A DNA stretch of 64,000 nucleotides from Candidatus Omnitrophota bacterium. Its GTDB lineage: Bacteria > Omnitrophota > Gorgyraeia > VGKH01. Below the pieces are notes generated by a model. That model was not told the DNA's origin. It saw only the letters and a program-made list of their open reading frames with translations, and ran no database searches. Positions 32,652 through 42,235 of the stretch are shown here, in pieces; positions within the stretch are counted from its first letter, which is position 1; every line of letters begins with the position of its first letter. The stretch covers positions 474,850 to 538,849 of the forward strand of contig JAKLEP010000001.1 of assembly GCA_022703055.1 (NCBI GenBank). The letters run 5' to 3'. The translations under genes and the position numbers were made by a program.

Positions 32652-34889
32652 ATGAAGAGAATTCTACTATTTATTTTGCCGATTTTGATTATAGTTGCTC
32701 TGGGAGTTACTATTTCTGGAATTATGCAGGTACGTTTTACGGAAGAGAGGCTTATAGACGATCTTAAAAGAAAGGCCAAGAGCGTCGACGAGAGCCTGGA
32801 GGTATCGGCACGGTATATTCTTATAAATAATGATTTAAGATCGGCTAATCGTATCGTTGAAACTTTTCAAAAAAGAGAAAGGCTCCAAGGTTGCGTTATC
32901 TATGATAAAGAAGGGAATATTCTGGCTATTACCGAGAAGATCTCTGACTGGGCTCAAAAAGATAAGCCTTATATTCAGGAAATTCTAGCTTCAAAGAATC
33001 CTCGTGGCACGATTGAAAATTTTAAAGAATACTCTGTGTATAGCTATATTTTACCAGTTTTGGATGACGAAAGTAATGTGCTGGGGTTGGTTGAGGTTGT
33101 ATACGACACTTCCTACATGTTTATAACTTTAACGGAGCTTTGGAAAAGGACAAGTATCACTTTGATCATCTTAATATTATTAATAGCTGCTACTGCATTG
33201 TTGATTCAAAGGCAAATTTTTATTTTGCCTGTCAGAAGACTGACCGAATGGTTTGTGCATTTTCAAAAGGGGGATACCGAAAGATGGCATCCGATCAAGG
33301 AAAAGGGTGAGTTGGGCAAGCTTGCCAGTGAAGTCGAGCAGCTAGCGTTGGGCATCAGGGTCGCTCGCAAGACGATCTCCGAGGATGCGCAATTCCGCCT
33401 GCTTAAAGAAGAATCTTGGACTGAAACAAAATTGAGGGACTTGGTTAGGGCAAAACTGGGAGAAAAAGCGTTCTTTGTCGTGTCTAACAGAGAGCCTTAT
33501 ATGCATGTTATTGACGAGGCAACGGGTATACCTAAATGTATCAGGCCTGCAAGCGGCGTAGTAACGGCTATAGACCCAATTTTGCGCGCTTGCGGTGGAA
33601 CTTGGATCGCTAATGGCAGCGCCGATGCCGATAAGAAATTCGTGAACTCCAAGAATAAACTTGGCGTTCCTCCCGAGGACAATCGATATATATTGAAAAG
33701 AGTTTGGTTAACCAAAGAAGAGGAAGAGGGGTATTATTATGGATTTGCCAATGAAGGGTTATGGCCCCTGTGTCACGTTACTCACACCAGGCCTATTTTC
33801 AGAGAGTCTGACTGGCAGATTTATAAAAAAGTGAATCAGAAATTCGCAGAAAGTGTTTTGGAAGAGCTGCCTGCAGGCAACCCTTTTATTTTTATCCAGG
33901 ATTACCACTTCACCTTGCTTGCCAAAATGATTAAAGAAAGGCGCCCGGATGCTATCGTAGCTTTATTTTGGCATATCCCATGGCCGAATCCGGAAGTTTT
34001 TGGTATTTGCCCTTATCAAAAGGAGATTCTATTTGGGATGTTGTCTTGCGACTTGATAGGTTTTCATGTGCAGTACCATTGCAACAACTTTTTAGATACA
34101 GCCAATAGGTCCATAGAATGCCGGGTGGACACAGAGAAATTCAGCGTGGTAATGGCCAATAAAGAAACATTGGTGAGAGCTTTTCCGATAAGTATCAATG
34201 GCCAGACAAATGGCAGTGGTTTTCAGGCAGAGCCAGCCAGGGAAATAGAGAACTTGAAGAAAGAATTTGAGTTGCACGATAAAATAATTGCCCTTGGCGT
34301 AGACAGAATAGACTATACCAAAGGTATAGTCGAGAGGATATTAGCAATCGACAGATTCCTGGAGAAGTATCCTCAATACAAGAAAAAGTTTGTTTTTATC
34401 CAGTTAGCCGCCCCAAGCCGCACGCATATAAAGCGTTATCATGACCTTATAGGAGAGATTGACGAGTTGGTAGAAAAGAAAAACTGGAAATACCAAGACG
34501 GTAATTGGAGGCCGATAGTATATCTCAAGAAGCATTTTTCTCAAGATGAAATAAAGCCATTTTATATGCTTGCCGATATATGTATAGTCAGTTCTTTGCA
34601 TGATGGCATGAATTTGGTGGCTAAAGAATACGTTGCGTCAAAGAGAGATTTATCAGGCGCGTTGATCTTGAGCCAATTTACTGGCGCTGCGAAAGAATTA
34701 GCAGATGCAATCCAGATTAATCCGTACTCTATAGAAGAATTTGCTGATGCAATAAAGTTTACAGTGGAATTGCCTTCGGAAGACAAGAAAAAACGCATGG
34801 AAAGCATGCGCAAGGTTATTACCGAGAATAATGTCTACCGATGGGCCGGAGATATTATTACAGAACTGACCTCCCTTAGAAAAAGCTAG
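32652..34889 (+). CDS. otsA: Trehalose-6-phosphate synthase (GT20, OtsA) with an N-terminal TM, extracytoplasmic sensor, TM and HAMP-like module
   Basis: There is TM1 near aa 5-25 and a ~140-aa loop with VIYDKEGNILA. TM2 is ITLIILILLIAATALLI. The HAMP-like segment is ILPVRRLTEWF...GELGKLASEVEQLA. The GT20 core has FFVVSNREPY, GLWPLCH, FIQDYHFTLL and FWHIPWPNPE. Confidence 0.85.
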   Translation: MKRILLFILPILIIVALGVTISGIMQVRFTEERLIDDLKRKAKSVDESLEVSARYILINNDLRSANRIVETFQKRERLQGCVIYDKEGNILAITEKISDWAQKDKPYIQEILASKNPRGTIENFKEYSVYSYILPVLDDESNVLGLVEVVYDTSYMFITLTELWKRTSITLIILILLIAATALLIQRQIFILPVRRLTEWFVHFQKGDTERWHPIKEKGELGKLASEVEQLALGIRVARKTISEDAQFRLLKEESWTETKLRDLVRAKLGEKAFFVVSNREPYMHVIDEATGIPKCIRPASGVVTAIDPILRACGGTWIANGSADADKKFVNSKNKLGVPPEDNRYILKRVWLTKEEEEGYYYGFANEGLWPLCHVTHTRPIFRESDWQIYKKVNQKFAESVLEELPAGNPFIFIQDYHFTLLAKMIKERRPDAIVALFWHIPWPNPEVFGICPYQKEILFGMLSCDLIGFHVQYHCNNFLDTANRSIECRVDTEKFSVVMANKETLVRAFPISINGQTNGSGFQAEPAREIENLKKEFELHDKIIALGVDRIDYTKGIVERILAIDRFLEKYPQYKKKFVFIQLAAPSRTHIKRYHDLIGEIDELVEKKNWKYQDGNWRPIVYLKKHFSQDEIKPFYMLADICIVSSLHDGMNLVAKEYVASKRDLSGALILSQFTGAAKELADAIQINPYSIEEFADAIKFTVELPSEDKKKRMESMRKVITENNVYRWAGDIITELTSLRKS

Positions 34890-34911
34890 GATTACAAGAT
34901 GGAGTTGCCTG

Positions 34912-35706
34912 ATGGAACATTTACTTGATAGTTGGCCAAAACTGGAAGGCAATTTTAAAGACAGGGTAGTTTTTATTTTCTTTGACTACGACGGTACTTT
35001 GACGCCGATTGCGGATACTCCTGCCGAGGCGACGATATCCCAAGATGTTAAGAATTTATTAAACAAGCTCTCCGAAAATCCCGCTTTCAAATTAGCTATT
35101 ATCAGCGGGAGATCATTAAACGATATAAAAAATATTATTGGCCTTACGAATATTATTTATGTTGGTAACCATGGTTTGGAAATAGAAGGGGAAAAGATAA
35201 AATTTGAAAGCCAGGTTTCGCCGAGATTGAAATCGATTATAAAGCGTCTATATGAGAACTCGGTAAAAAAGTTTTCGAAAATTAAAGGAGTTTTAGTCGA
35301 AGATAAAGGATTGTCAATTAGCGTCCATTACCGCTTGGTAGACAAAAACGATATGCAAGAATTTATGAGGATTCTCAATGAATTAATTGAGCCTTATATT
35401 GGCCGCGGGAAAATAAAAATTAATCCTGGGAAGAAAGTTTATGATATAAAACCTCCAGCAGGCTGGGATAAAGGAAAAGTTGCATTGTGGCTATTGGCAA
35501 GAGAGCAATTTTCAAAAGGGGAAAATAAGATTTTCCCGGTTTATATCGGAGATGACGTAACTGATGAGGATGCTTTTAGGGCATTGGCCAACAAAGGCCT
35601 GACAATATTCGTGGGTGAACCTGATAAAACTGAAGCAAAGTTTTATTTAAAAGACACATCCGAAGTCGCTGAATTTATTAGACGCATTGCAGCATTAAGA
35701 GAATAA
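34912..35706 (+). CDS. otsB: Trehalose-6-phosphate phosphatase (HAD)
   Basis: FFDYDGTLTPI, ISGR and IGDDVTDEDAF. Confidence 0.85.
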   Translation: MEHLLDSWPKLEGNFKDRVVFIFFDYDGTLTPIADTPAEATISQDVKNLLNKLSENPAFKLAIISGRSLNDIKNIIGLTNIIYVGNHGLEIEGEKIKFESQVSPRLKSIIKRLYENSVKKFSKIKGVLVEDKGLSISVHYRLVDKNDMQEFMRILNELIEPYIGRGKIKINPGKKVYDIKPPAGWDKGKVALWLLAREQFSKGENKIFPVYIGDDVTDEDAFRALANKGLTIFVGEPDKTEAKFYLKDTSEVAEFIRRIAALRE

Positions 35707-35711
35707 GATAT

Positions 35712-36392
35712 ATGCCTAAATCGACAGAAGCAAAAGAGCCGTTTAAATTTTATACAAGACTGCATTTATCGGAATTGACCGGTTTAAGGGCCTCGACTTT
35801 GGGGCAGCTTTTAGACTTAATAAAAACCGTCCCGGGTTCTTGTATTTATCATCATACCCATAGATTTTTGCAACAGCATCAATACCTTTCCCCTGAACCG
35901 CCCAACGATTTTGCTTATTGGGTAGCCAATGTTCTGGGCGAAGATGAGCTCGGAGAAAGGTTGGCTAGCATTGACACAATACAATATTCAACTATACGTG
36001 CTTTAAGAGAAATAATTGTATTTACCATAGAAGATTATTTAAAGAACAATCCTTTGGCTAAGCTAAAGTTTGCCCGAGCCGGCGAAGAATTTTATTTTAT
36101 AAAATCAGCGAGTTTTATTTTACCTACAAATTATGTTGTTAATGACTTGGAAGGCTTCGTGGAAGTGGTGAAAAAAATAACAATAGACTCGATATATTTT
36201 CATATTTTTGAGTCGCGTCTTAGGCTTGAGCGGCCAACCAATGATTTTTCTAATTGGATAGAAACTTCTGTGGGAAACAAAAAATTAGCTGATGAGATTT
36301 CTAGGCTTGACCCTTATACCCATACTTTAGAAGACTTAAGAAAAACAATTATTAGGGTAATTAAAAGGAATATGCATGGCAAAAATAGATGA
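35712..36392 (+). CDS. Conserved hypothetical protein, translationally coupled to treT
   Basis: 226 aa. Its end overlaps the treT start by 17 nt. No motif recognised. Confidence 0.6.
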   Translation: MPKSTEAKEPFKFYTRLHLSELTGLRASTLGQLLDLIKTVPGSCIYHHTHRFLQQHQYLSPEPPNDFAYWVANVLGEDELGERLASIDTIQYSTIRALREIIVFTIEDYLKNNPLAKLKFARAGEEFYFIKSASFILPTNYVVNDLEGFVEVVKKITIDSIYFHIFESRLRLERPTNDFSNWIETSVGNKKLADEISRLDPYTHTLEDLRKTIIRVIKRNMHGKNR

Positions 36393-37587
36393 ATATATCC
36401 CTATCGTGGGCCAATCGACAATAGATGATTTGAAATTGCTCGCTGAGAGGCTGAAAGGTAAGGTAGTCCAGCATATCAATTCGACTTCTGTTGGTGGTGG
36501 AGTGGCAGAAATATTAAATCGCATGGTGCCGCTTTTGAGAGAGGTAGGGGTGGATACGAGATGGGATTTGATTAAAGGAGGAGAGCAGTTTTTTGAGGTA
36601 ACAAAGAAAATTCACAATGCCTTGCATGGCAGGCTTGATACGGTAAATCGGCAAGATATTGATATCTTTATGGAAACAAGCAAAAAGAATATCGAAGAGG
36701 TAAATACTTCGAGCGATATTGTTTTTATTCACGACCCTCAGCCAATCGCCTTAATAGATAAAAAGGCTACCAACAAGTGGATTTGGCGTTGTCATGTAGA
36801 CGTATCAAATCCCAGCCAGGAAGTTTGGGATTTTTTGATGGGGTTTATATCTAGGTATGATGCGGCGGTATTTTCTGCGCCTAGCTTTTCCCGAGTAATG
36901 CCCATAAGGCAATTTTTAATATCTCCTTCCATCGATCCTTTAAGCGATAAGAATAAAGATCTTTCCGACGAGACTATTAATGAAGTCTTAGAAAAATACG
37001 GGATTTTTAGGGATAAACCAATTATAACTCAGATTTCCCGTTTTGACCGGCTAAAAGATCCTATTGGTGTCATCGAGGCTTATCTTAAAGTTAAAAAATA
37101 TATCGATTGCCAACTGATTTTAGCCGGAGGTACAGCATCTGATGATCCGGAAGGCCTCCAAGTCCTAGAAGAAGTCAAAGAAAGAGCCCAACAGGATAAA
37201 GACATGCACATTCTTCTTTTACCTCAAAATGATATAGAGGTTAACGCCTTACAAAGAGCTTCCGATGTAATTGTCCAGAAATCAATCAAGGAAGGATTTG
37301 GATTAACTGTAGCTGAGGCCTTGTGGAAAGCTAAGCCTGTGGTGGCTTCGAATATCGGCGGGATACCACTGCAAATAAAGCACAGATATTCTGGTTTGCT
37401 TTGTAATTCAATTGACGGTGCAGCATTTGCGATAAAACAGCTTCTTAACAGCCAAGAGTACGCTAAGAAACTAGGAGAGAATGGCAGGGAGCACATAAAA
37501 AACAATTTTTTAGTCACTCGCCATATTAGGGATTATCTGTTGTTATTCCTTTCTCTTTATCATCAAGAAGATGTCGTTTATTTATAA
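36376..37587 (+). CDS. treT: Trehalose glycosyltransferring synthase (TreT-like GT4)
   Basis: Long collinear similarity to archaeal TreT as I recall it. Shared segments are NSTSVGGGVAEIL, FFEVTKKIHNALHG, HDPQP, WRCHVD, SIDPLSDKN, PIITQISRFDRLKDP, DDPEG and EGFGLTVAEALWK. Confidence 0.7.
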   Translation: MAKIDEYIPIVGQSTIDDLKLLAERLKGKVVQHINSTSVGGGVAEILNRMVPLLREVGVDTRWDLIKGGEQFFEVTKKIHNALHGRLDTVNRQDIDIFMETSKKNIEEVNTSSDIVFIHDPQPIALIDKKATNKWIWRCHVDVSNPSQEVWDFLMGFISRYDAAVFSAPSFSRVMPIRQFLISPSIDPLSDKNKDLSDETINEVLEKYGIFRDKPIITQISRFDRLKDPIGVIEAYLKVKKYIDCQLILAGGTASDDPEGLQVLEEVKERAQQDKDMHILLLPQNDIEVNALQRASDVIVQKSIKEGFGLTVAEALWKAKPVVASNIGGIPLQIKHRYSGLLCNSIDGAAFAIKQLLNSQEYAKKLGENGREHIKNNFLVTRHIRDYLLLFLSLYHQEDVVYL

Positions 37588-37600
37588 AAAGGCATAAATA

Positions 37601-37744
37601 ATGAAGCTTAGCGGTTGGATTTTTATGATAGTCTCCTGGACAATTATTCTTGGTATGGCGATATTTTGTTTTAGCAGAATCTTTAAAAAAGGCTTGGGTG
37701 GCGGTAATCCAAGAAAAGAGACTAGGAATTCCCGCTCACAATAG
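37601..37744 (+). CDS. Tiny membrane protein (47 aa), speculative
   Basis: MKLSGWIFMIVSWTIILGMAIFCFSRIFKKGLGGGNPRKETRNSRSQ. Below the track cutoff, with no clear SD. Confidence 0.3.
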   Translation: MKLSGWIFMIVSWTIILGMAIFCFSRIFKKGLGGGNPRKETRNSRSQ

Positions 37745-37753
37745 GAGGATGGA

Positions 37754-37858
37754 ATGGGGGCGAATACCTCTCAGATCATTTCGGTTGTTATTCTTGTTTT
37801 AGGCTTTGTAGCTTTTTTTGTATTTATGTTTATCTTAAATAAAAAATCAAGTAAATAA
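37754..37858 (+). CDS. Tiny membrane protein (34 aa), speculative
   Basis: ATG 37754 follows AGGAGG (37743-37748). Sequence MGANTSQIISVVILVLGFVAFFVFMFILNKKSSK. Confidence 0.35.
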   Translation: MGANTSQIISVVILVLGFVAFFVFMFILNKKSSK

Positions 37859-37940
37859 ATACCGCATAAGCCTTATCGCCAGGCGCATCAATCAAAAAAG
37901 TCAGAGGCTCTTTATTATTAACTGAGACTAGAAACTTAAC

Positions 37941-37968
37941 TTGACAATAATTAATATTTTGGTATATT
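37941..37968 (+). promoter_or_regulatory. Candidate promoter of the riboflavin operon
   Basis: TTGACA 37941-37946, 16-nt spacer, TATATT 37963-37968. Confidence 0.6.
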
Positions 37969-37973
37969 AATAG

Positions 37974-38098
37974 CTACCTTCGGGAGAGGGGTGAAATTCC
38001 CGACTGGTGGTAAAGTCCACGAGATTCGACCAATCGTCGGATCAGACCAAGTGTAATTCTTGGACCAATAGTCACAGTCTAGATGGGAGAAGGTAAAA
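37974..38098 (+). promoter_or_regulatory. FMN riboswitch (RFN element)
   Basis: P1 is ACCTTC...GAAGGT. Hallmark segments are GGGGTGAAATTCCCGACTGGTGGTAAAGTCCAC, GACCAAGTGTAATTCTTGGACC and AGTCTAGATGGGAGAAGG. It lies directly upstream of ribBA. Confidence 0.9.
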
Positions 38099-38119
38099 AG
38101 TAGGAGTTACCAAAGATTT

Positions 38120-38150
38120 ATCCCGGAGGTCCATTCGGGATTTTTTATTT
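38120..38150 (+). terminator. Riboswitch expression-platform terminator
   Basis: ATCCCG (38120-38125) / CGGGAT (38136-38141) followed by TTTTTTATTTT. Confidence 0.55.
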
Positions 38151-38166
38151 TCATAGAAAGGCAAAA

Positions 38167-39381
38167 ATGTCATTTAACACCATTCCAGAAATAATCGAAG
38201 ATTTGATACATGGCCGTATGGTTATAGTCATTGATGACGAAGACCGCGAGAATGAAGGGGATATTATCATGTCCGCTTCTTTTGTTAAACCGGAAGACAT
38301 CAATTTTATGGCTAAAGAGGCGCGAGGTTTGGTCTGTGTTCCCATGGAAGAGGAACGTCTTAGATTCCTGAATCTGCAGCCGATGGTTGACAAATTAGTC
38401 AAAGAACCGAAGAAAGTCAAAGATCCTTACGGAACCGCCTGGATGATGTCAGTAGATGCGGCTACCGGTATCACAACTGGGATTTCCGCTTTTGACCGTT
38501 CAAGGACGATAAAAACTCTGGTTGACCCGAAGGCAAAACCAGAAGATTTGACTAGGCCTGGCCATGTGTTTCCCCTGCAGGCAGTAAAGGGTGGAGTTTT
38601 AGTTCGTGCCGGCCACACCGAAGCCGCAGTTGATTTAATGAAATTGGCAAAGTTGTATCCTGCTGCGGTGATTTGTGAAATCATGAATGAAGATGGTTCG
38701 ATGGCAAGGACTCCGCAGCTTTTGGAATTCGCCAAAAAACACTATCTGAAAATCTGCACCATTGCTAATCTTATCGAGTATCGCAGAAAAACCGAAAAAT
38801 TGGTAAGAAGAGTTACGCAAACAGTACTTCCAACCGAATTCGGAGAATTCAATTTGATTCTTTACGAGTCGGAGATAGAGAATTTGAGTCATTTGGCCTT
38901 GGTGATGGGTGAGATTAAAAAAGACGAGTCTATTTTAGCCAGGGTTCATTCTGGTTGTTTAACTGGCGATGTTTTTGGGTCGCTTCGCTGCGATTGCGGC
39001 AGCCAACTTAAAAAGGCAATGCAGATGATTAATCGCGAAGGCAAAGGAGTAATTTTATATATGAATCAGGAAGGGCGAGGAATCGGATTAAAAAATAAGA
39101 TTTTCGCTTATAACCTTCAGGACAAAGGCATGGATACCGTTGAAGCCAATGAAGCTCTAGGATTTGCCGCGGACTTGCGCGATTATGGAATCGGCGCCCA
39201 GATTCTCGTAGATTTAGGCGTCAATAAAATCAGGCTGATGACTAATAATCCGCGTAAGATTGTTGGTTTAGAAGGTTATGGCCTTGAGGTGGTAGAACGA
39301 GTTCCGCTTAAGATTTCTCCAACTTCAAAAAATGAAAATTATCTAAAAACAAAGAAAGAAAAATTAGGACATATACTATAA
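38167..39381 (+). CDS. ribBA: Bifunctional 3,4-dihydroxy-2-butanone-4-phosphate synthase / GTP cyclohydrolase II
   Basis: [18 protein letters not shown] and CDCG...EGRGIGL. Confidence 0.95.
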   Translation: MSFNTIPEIIEDLIHGRMVIVIDDEDRENEGDIIMSASFVKPEDINFMAKEARGLVCVPMEEERLRFLNLQPMVDKLVKEPKKVKDPYGTAWMMSVDAATGITTGISAFDRSRTIKTLVDPKAKPEDLTRPGHVFPLQAVKGGVLVRAGHTEAAVDLMKLAKLYPAAVICEIMNEDGSMARTPQLLEFAKKHYLKICTIANLIEYRRKTEKLVRRVTQTVLPTEFGEFNLILYESEIENLSHLALVMGEIKKDESILARVHSGCLTGDVFGSLRCDCGSQLKKAMQMINREGKGVILYMNQEGRGIGLKNKIFAYNLQDKGMDTVEANEALGFAADLRDYGIGAQILVDLGVNKIRLMTNNPRKIVGLEGYGLEVVERVPLKISPTSKNENYLKTKKEKLGHIL

Positions 39382-39402
39382 AAGAAAGGGAGGTGTATTT
39401 CT

Positions 39403-39867
39403 ATGGCAAAGGTAATTGAAGGACAGCTGGTGGCTAAAGGCAAGAAATTCTCTATCGTCGCATCGAGGTTCAACGATTTTATCACCAAACAACTTATTGA
39501 TGGTTGCGTGGATGCGCTTATCCGTCATGGCGTCAAAGATGAAGAGATTTCTATCGCCTGGGTTCCTGGAGCTTTTGAGATGCCGACGATAGCAATGAGA
39601 TTGGCGGCAGATAAAGCTACCGATGCGGTAATCTGTTTAGGAACCATAATACGCGGCGCAACTCCACATTTTGACTACATTGCATCCGAGGTGGCAAAAG
39701 GTATCGCTCATGTTTCCCTTAAAAGTGGAAAGCCGGCGATATTCGGCGTGATAACCGCCGATACTATTGAGCAGGCAATTGAGCGTGCTGGTACAAAGGA
39801 TGGCAATAAAGGAAGAGACGCGGCGTTGAATGCCATCGAAATGGTCAATCTTATTGATAAAATATAA
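39403..39867 (+). CDS. ribH: 6,7-dimethyl-8-ribityllumazine synthase
   Basis: [20 protein letters not shown] and [13 protein letters not shown]. Confidence 0.95.
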   Translation: MAKVIEGQLVAKGKKFSIVASRFNDFITKQLIDGCVDALIRHGVKDEEISIAWVPGAFEMPTIAMRLAADKATDAVICLGTIIRGATPHFDYIASEVAKGIAHVSLKSGKPAIFGVITADTIEQAIERAGTKDGNKGRDAALNAIEMVNLIDKI

Positions 39868-39869
39868 GA

Positions 39870-40295
39870 ATGAGAAAAAGAACGAGAGCTCGAGAATGTG
39901 CTTTAAAGATTCTCTACGGAATTGATATTACCGGAGATTCCGCTGAGGCGTCATTGGATAATTTCTGGCAGTCGCAGGAGATAGAAGATTCGGGAGTCCA
40001 GGAGTTTGCCAACGATTTAGTCAAAGGTGTATTAGAGAATTTGGATAAAATTGATAAGGAGATTGCTAAATCCGCCGCAAACTGGCAATTGAAACGAATG
40101 GCAGTTATCGACAGGAATATCTTAAGGATCGCTACTTTTGAATTGTTATTTGCACAGGATATTCCTCCCAAGGTTTCCATTAATGAAGCGGTAGATCTTG
40201 CCAAAAGATTTGGAGATGTCGATTCGGGAAGATTCGTTAACGGCATCCTGGATAAAATAAACAAGACATTCTGCCAAGACAAGCAATCCAAATAA
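39870..40295 (+). CDS. nusB: Transcription antitermination factor NusB
   Basis: RTRARECALKILY, a DRNILRIATFEL-type helix, and INEAVDLAKRFG. Confidence 0.9.
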   Translation: MRKRTRARECALKILYGIDITGDSAEASLDNFWQSQEIEDSGVQEFANDLVKGVLENLDKIDKEIAKSAANWQLKRMAVIDRNILRIATFELLFAQDIPPKVSINEAVDLAKRFGDVDSGRFVNGILDKINKTFCQDKQSK

Positions 40296-40302
40296 CTTTA
40301 CG

Positions 40303-41130
40303 ATGAAACTTGTCGATTTACATCTACATACAGATTTCTCCGACAGCACTTTATCGCCAGCCGAATTAGTGCAGGTGGCGGTAAGCGCCGGGTTATCTGC
40401 CATTGCCATTACCGACCATGATTGCGTTGAAGGAATAGAGCCCGCCATTAAAGAAGCCAATAAATTTGACCTTGAGATTATTCCAGGAATTGAGCTTACT
40501 GCTGAAAAATACGGTAAAGAAGTTCATATCTTGGGGTATTCTATCGATTATCACGATAAAGCCTTCTTGGAAAAATTAGAAAAAATAAAAGCCATCCGCG
40601 AGAAACGTATCTTCGATATGGTGGAGAAATTAAAAGAGCTTGGCGTCGACGACATCGAAGCCCAGGATGTGTTTGATCTTTCAGGCATGGGGACGGTGGG
40701 GAGGGCGCATCTGGCTTCGCTTTTAAAAAAGAAGGGTTGGGTTTCTTCTGTCTCTGAAGCCTTTAAGAAATATATCGGCAATAATTCTCCTGCCTATGTC
40801 AGCAAATTTAATATGACACCTGAACAGGCGATTAGGACAATTTTAGATGTTGGCGGGATTCCCGTTTTTGCCCATCCACATAATCCTGGCGATGATAATT
40901 TAATATCAGAGTTTGTAGGTTATGGGCTAAAAGGGCTAGAAGTTTATTATCCCGGCTATCCCGAAAGTATAATTAAACACTATTCTAGCTTAGCGGCAAA
41001 ATACGGGTTGATTTTAACCGGTGGTTCTGATTTTCACGGAGATGTAAAAGAAGGAAGTGTTATTGGCGTGCCAAGAGTTCCTTATGAATTGGTTGAGAAG
41101 CTGAAACAGGCGAAAAATGAAAAAAGATGA
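40303..41130 (+). CDS. PHP-domain metal-dependent phosphoesterase (TrpH/YciV-like)
   Basis: VDLHLHTDFSDS, AITDHD, FAHP and GGSDFHG. Confidence 0.8.
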   Translation: MKLVDLHLHTDFSDSTLSPAELVQVAVSAGLSAIAITDHDCVEGIEPAIKEANKFDLEIIPGIELTAEKYGKEVHILGYSIDYHDKAFLEKLEKIKAIREKRIFDMVEKLKELGVDDIEAQDVFDLSGMGTVGRAHLASLLKKKGWVSSVSEAFKKYIGNNSPAYVSKFNMTPEQAIRTILDVGGIPVFAHPHNPGDDNLISEFVGYGLKGLEVYYPGYPESIIKHYSSLAAKYGLILTGGSDFHGDVKEGSVIGVPRVPYELVEKLKQAKNEKR

Positions 41131-42235
41131 ATATTTTATGGATTTGGCTTTGAAGCTAGCGCTTAAAGCCAAAGGCAAGACCAGCCCTAATCCACTAGTC
41201 GGAGCAGTTATAGTAAAAAATAATAGAATTATAGGAGAAGGTTTCCATCGTAGAGCTGGAGAGCCGCACGCTGAGATAATTGCTTTAAGAAAAGCTGGAG
41301 AGAGTTCAAGAGGTTCGACCTTGTTCGTGACTTTAGAGCCTTGTTCACATTTTGGCAGGACCCCTCCTTGTGTTGTGGAGATTATTAAAAGCAAAATTAA
41401 GAAAGTAGTAATTGGCATGCAGGATCCCAATCCGATTAATAACGGGAAATCTATCCAGATCCTGCGCAGCCAGAAAATAGAGGTAAAGGTAGGTTGCCTT
41501 GAAGAAAAACTAAGAAGAATTAATGAAGATTTTACTAAATATATTACTCAAAAGATACCTTTTGTTACTGTAAAGGTTGCCCAGAGTCTCGACGGTAAGA
41601 TCGCCGTGGCTTCAGGGGAATCAAAGTGGATTACTTCCGAGAAATCAAGAAGCATAAGCCATGATTTAAGAAAATATTATGATGCTATTTTAGTGGGGAT
41701 AAATACAGTTTTAAAAGATGACCCTTTGCTTGATTGCCCTGATAGAGAAAAAAAGTTATATAAGGTTATAGTTGATAGCGATTTGAGAATTCCGCTAAAG
41801 TCCAAAATCTTTTCTGATGCTTCACACGGTAAAATCATCATCGCTACCACTAAGGATTTTACCAAAGAAAGCAAATACGACATTTTAGCTAAAAAAGAAG
41901 TTATTTTTATCAAAACTCCCAAGAAAGATGGCAAGGTAGACTTGCGATATTTGCTCAACCAACTCGCAAGGCTCGAGATAATGAATGTTTTGGTTGAGGG
42001 CGGAGGAAAGGTTATCGGTTCCATGTTTGATGAAGGACTGGTTGATAAGTTGATGTTTTTTATCGCGCTCAAGATTATTGGAGGAAATAATTCTATTACT
42101 TCGGTCAGCGGAAAAGGCGTAAGATTTATCAATGAAGCGATTCCCATAAATGATATCCAAATAAAGAACATTGACGGCGATATATTAGTGGAGGGATATG
42201 TTCACAGGGATAATAGAAAATCTCGGCAGTGTTGA
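41117..42235 (+). CDS. ribD: Bifunctional diaminohydroxyphosphoribosylaminopyrimidine deaminase / 5-amino-6-(5-phosphoribosylamino)uracil reductase
   Basis: NPLVGAVIV, HAEIIAL and TLEPCSHFGRTPPC, plus a C-terminal reductase domain. Confidence 0.95.
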   Translation: MKKDEYFMDLALKLALKAKGKTSPNPLVGAVIVKNNRIIGEGFHRRAGEPHAEIIALRKAGESSRGSTLFVTLEPCSHFGRTPPCVVEIIKSKIKKVVIGMQDPNPINNGKSIQILRSQKIEVKVGCLEEKLRRINEDFTKYITQKIPFVTVKVAQSLDGKIAVASGESKWITSEKSRSISHDLRKYYDAILVGINTVLKDDPLLDCPDREKKLYKVIVDSDLRIPLKSKIFSDASHGKIIIATTKDFTKESKYDILAKKEVIFIKTPKKDGKVDLRYLLNQLARLEIMNVLVEGGGKVIGSMFDEGLVDKLMFFIALKIIGGNNSITSVSGKGVRFINEAIPINDIQIKNIDGDILVEGYVHRDNRKSRQC

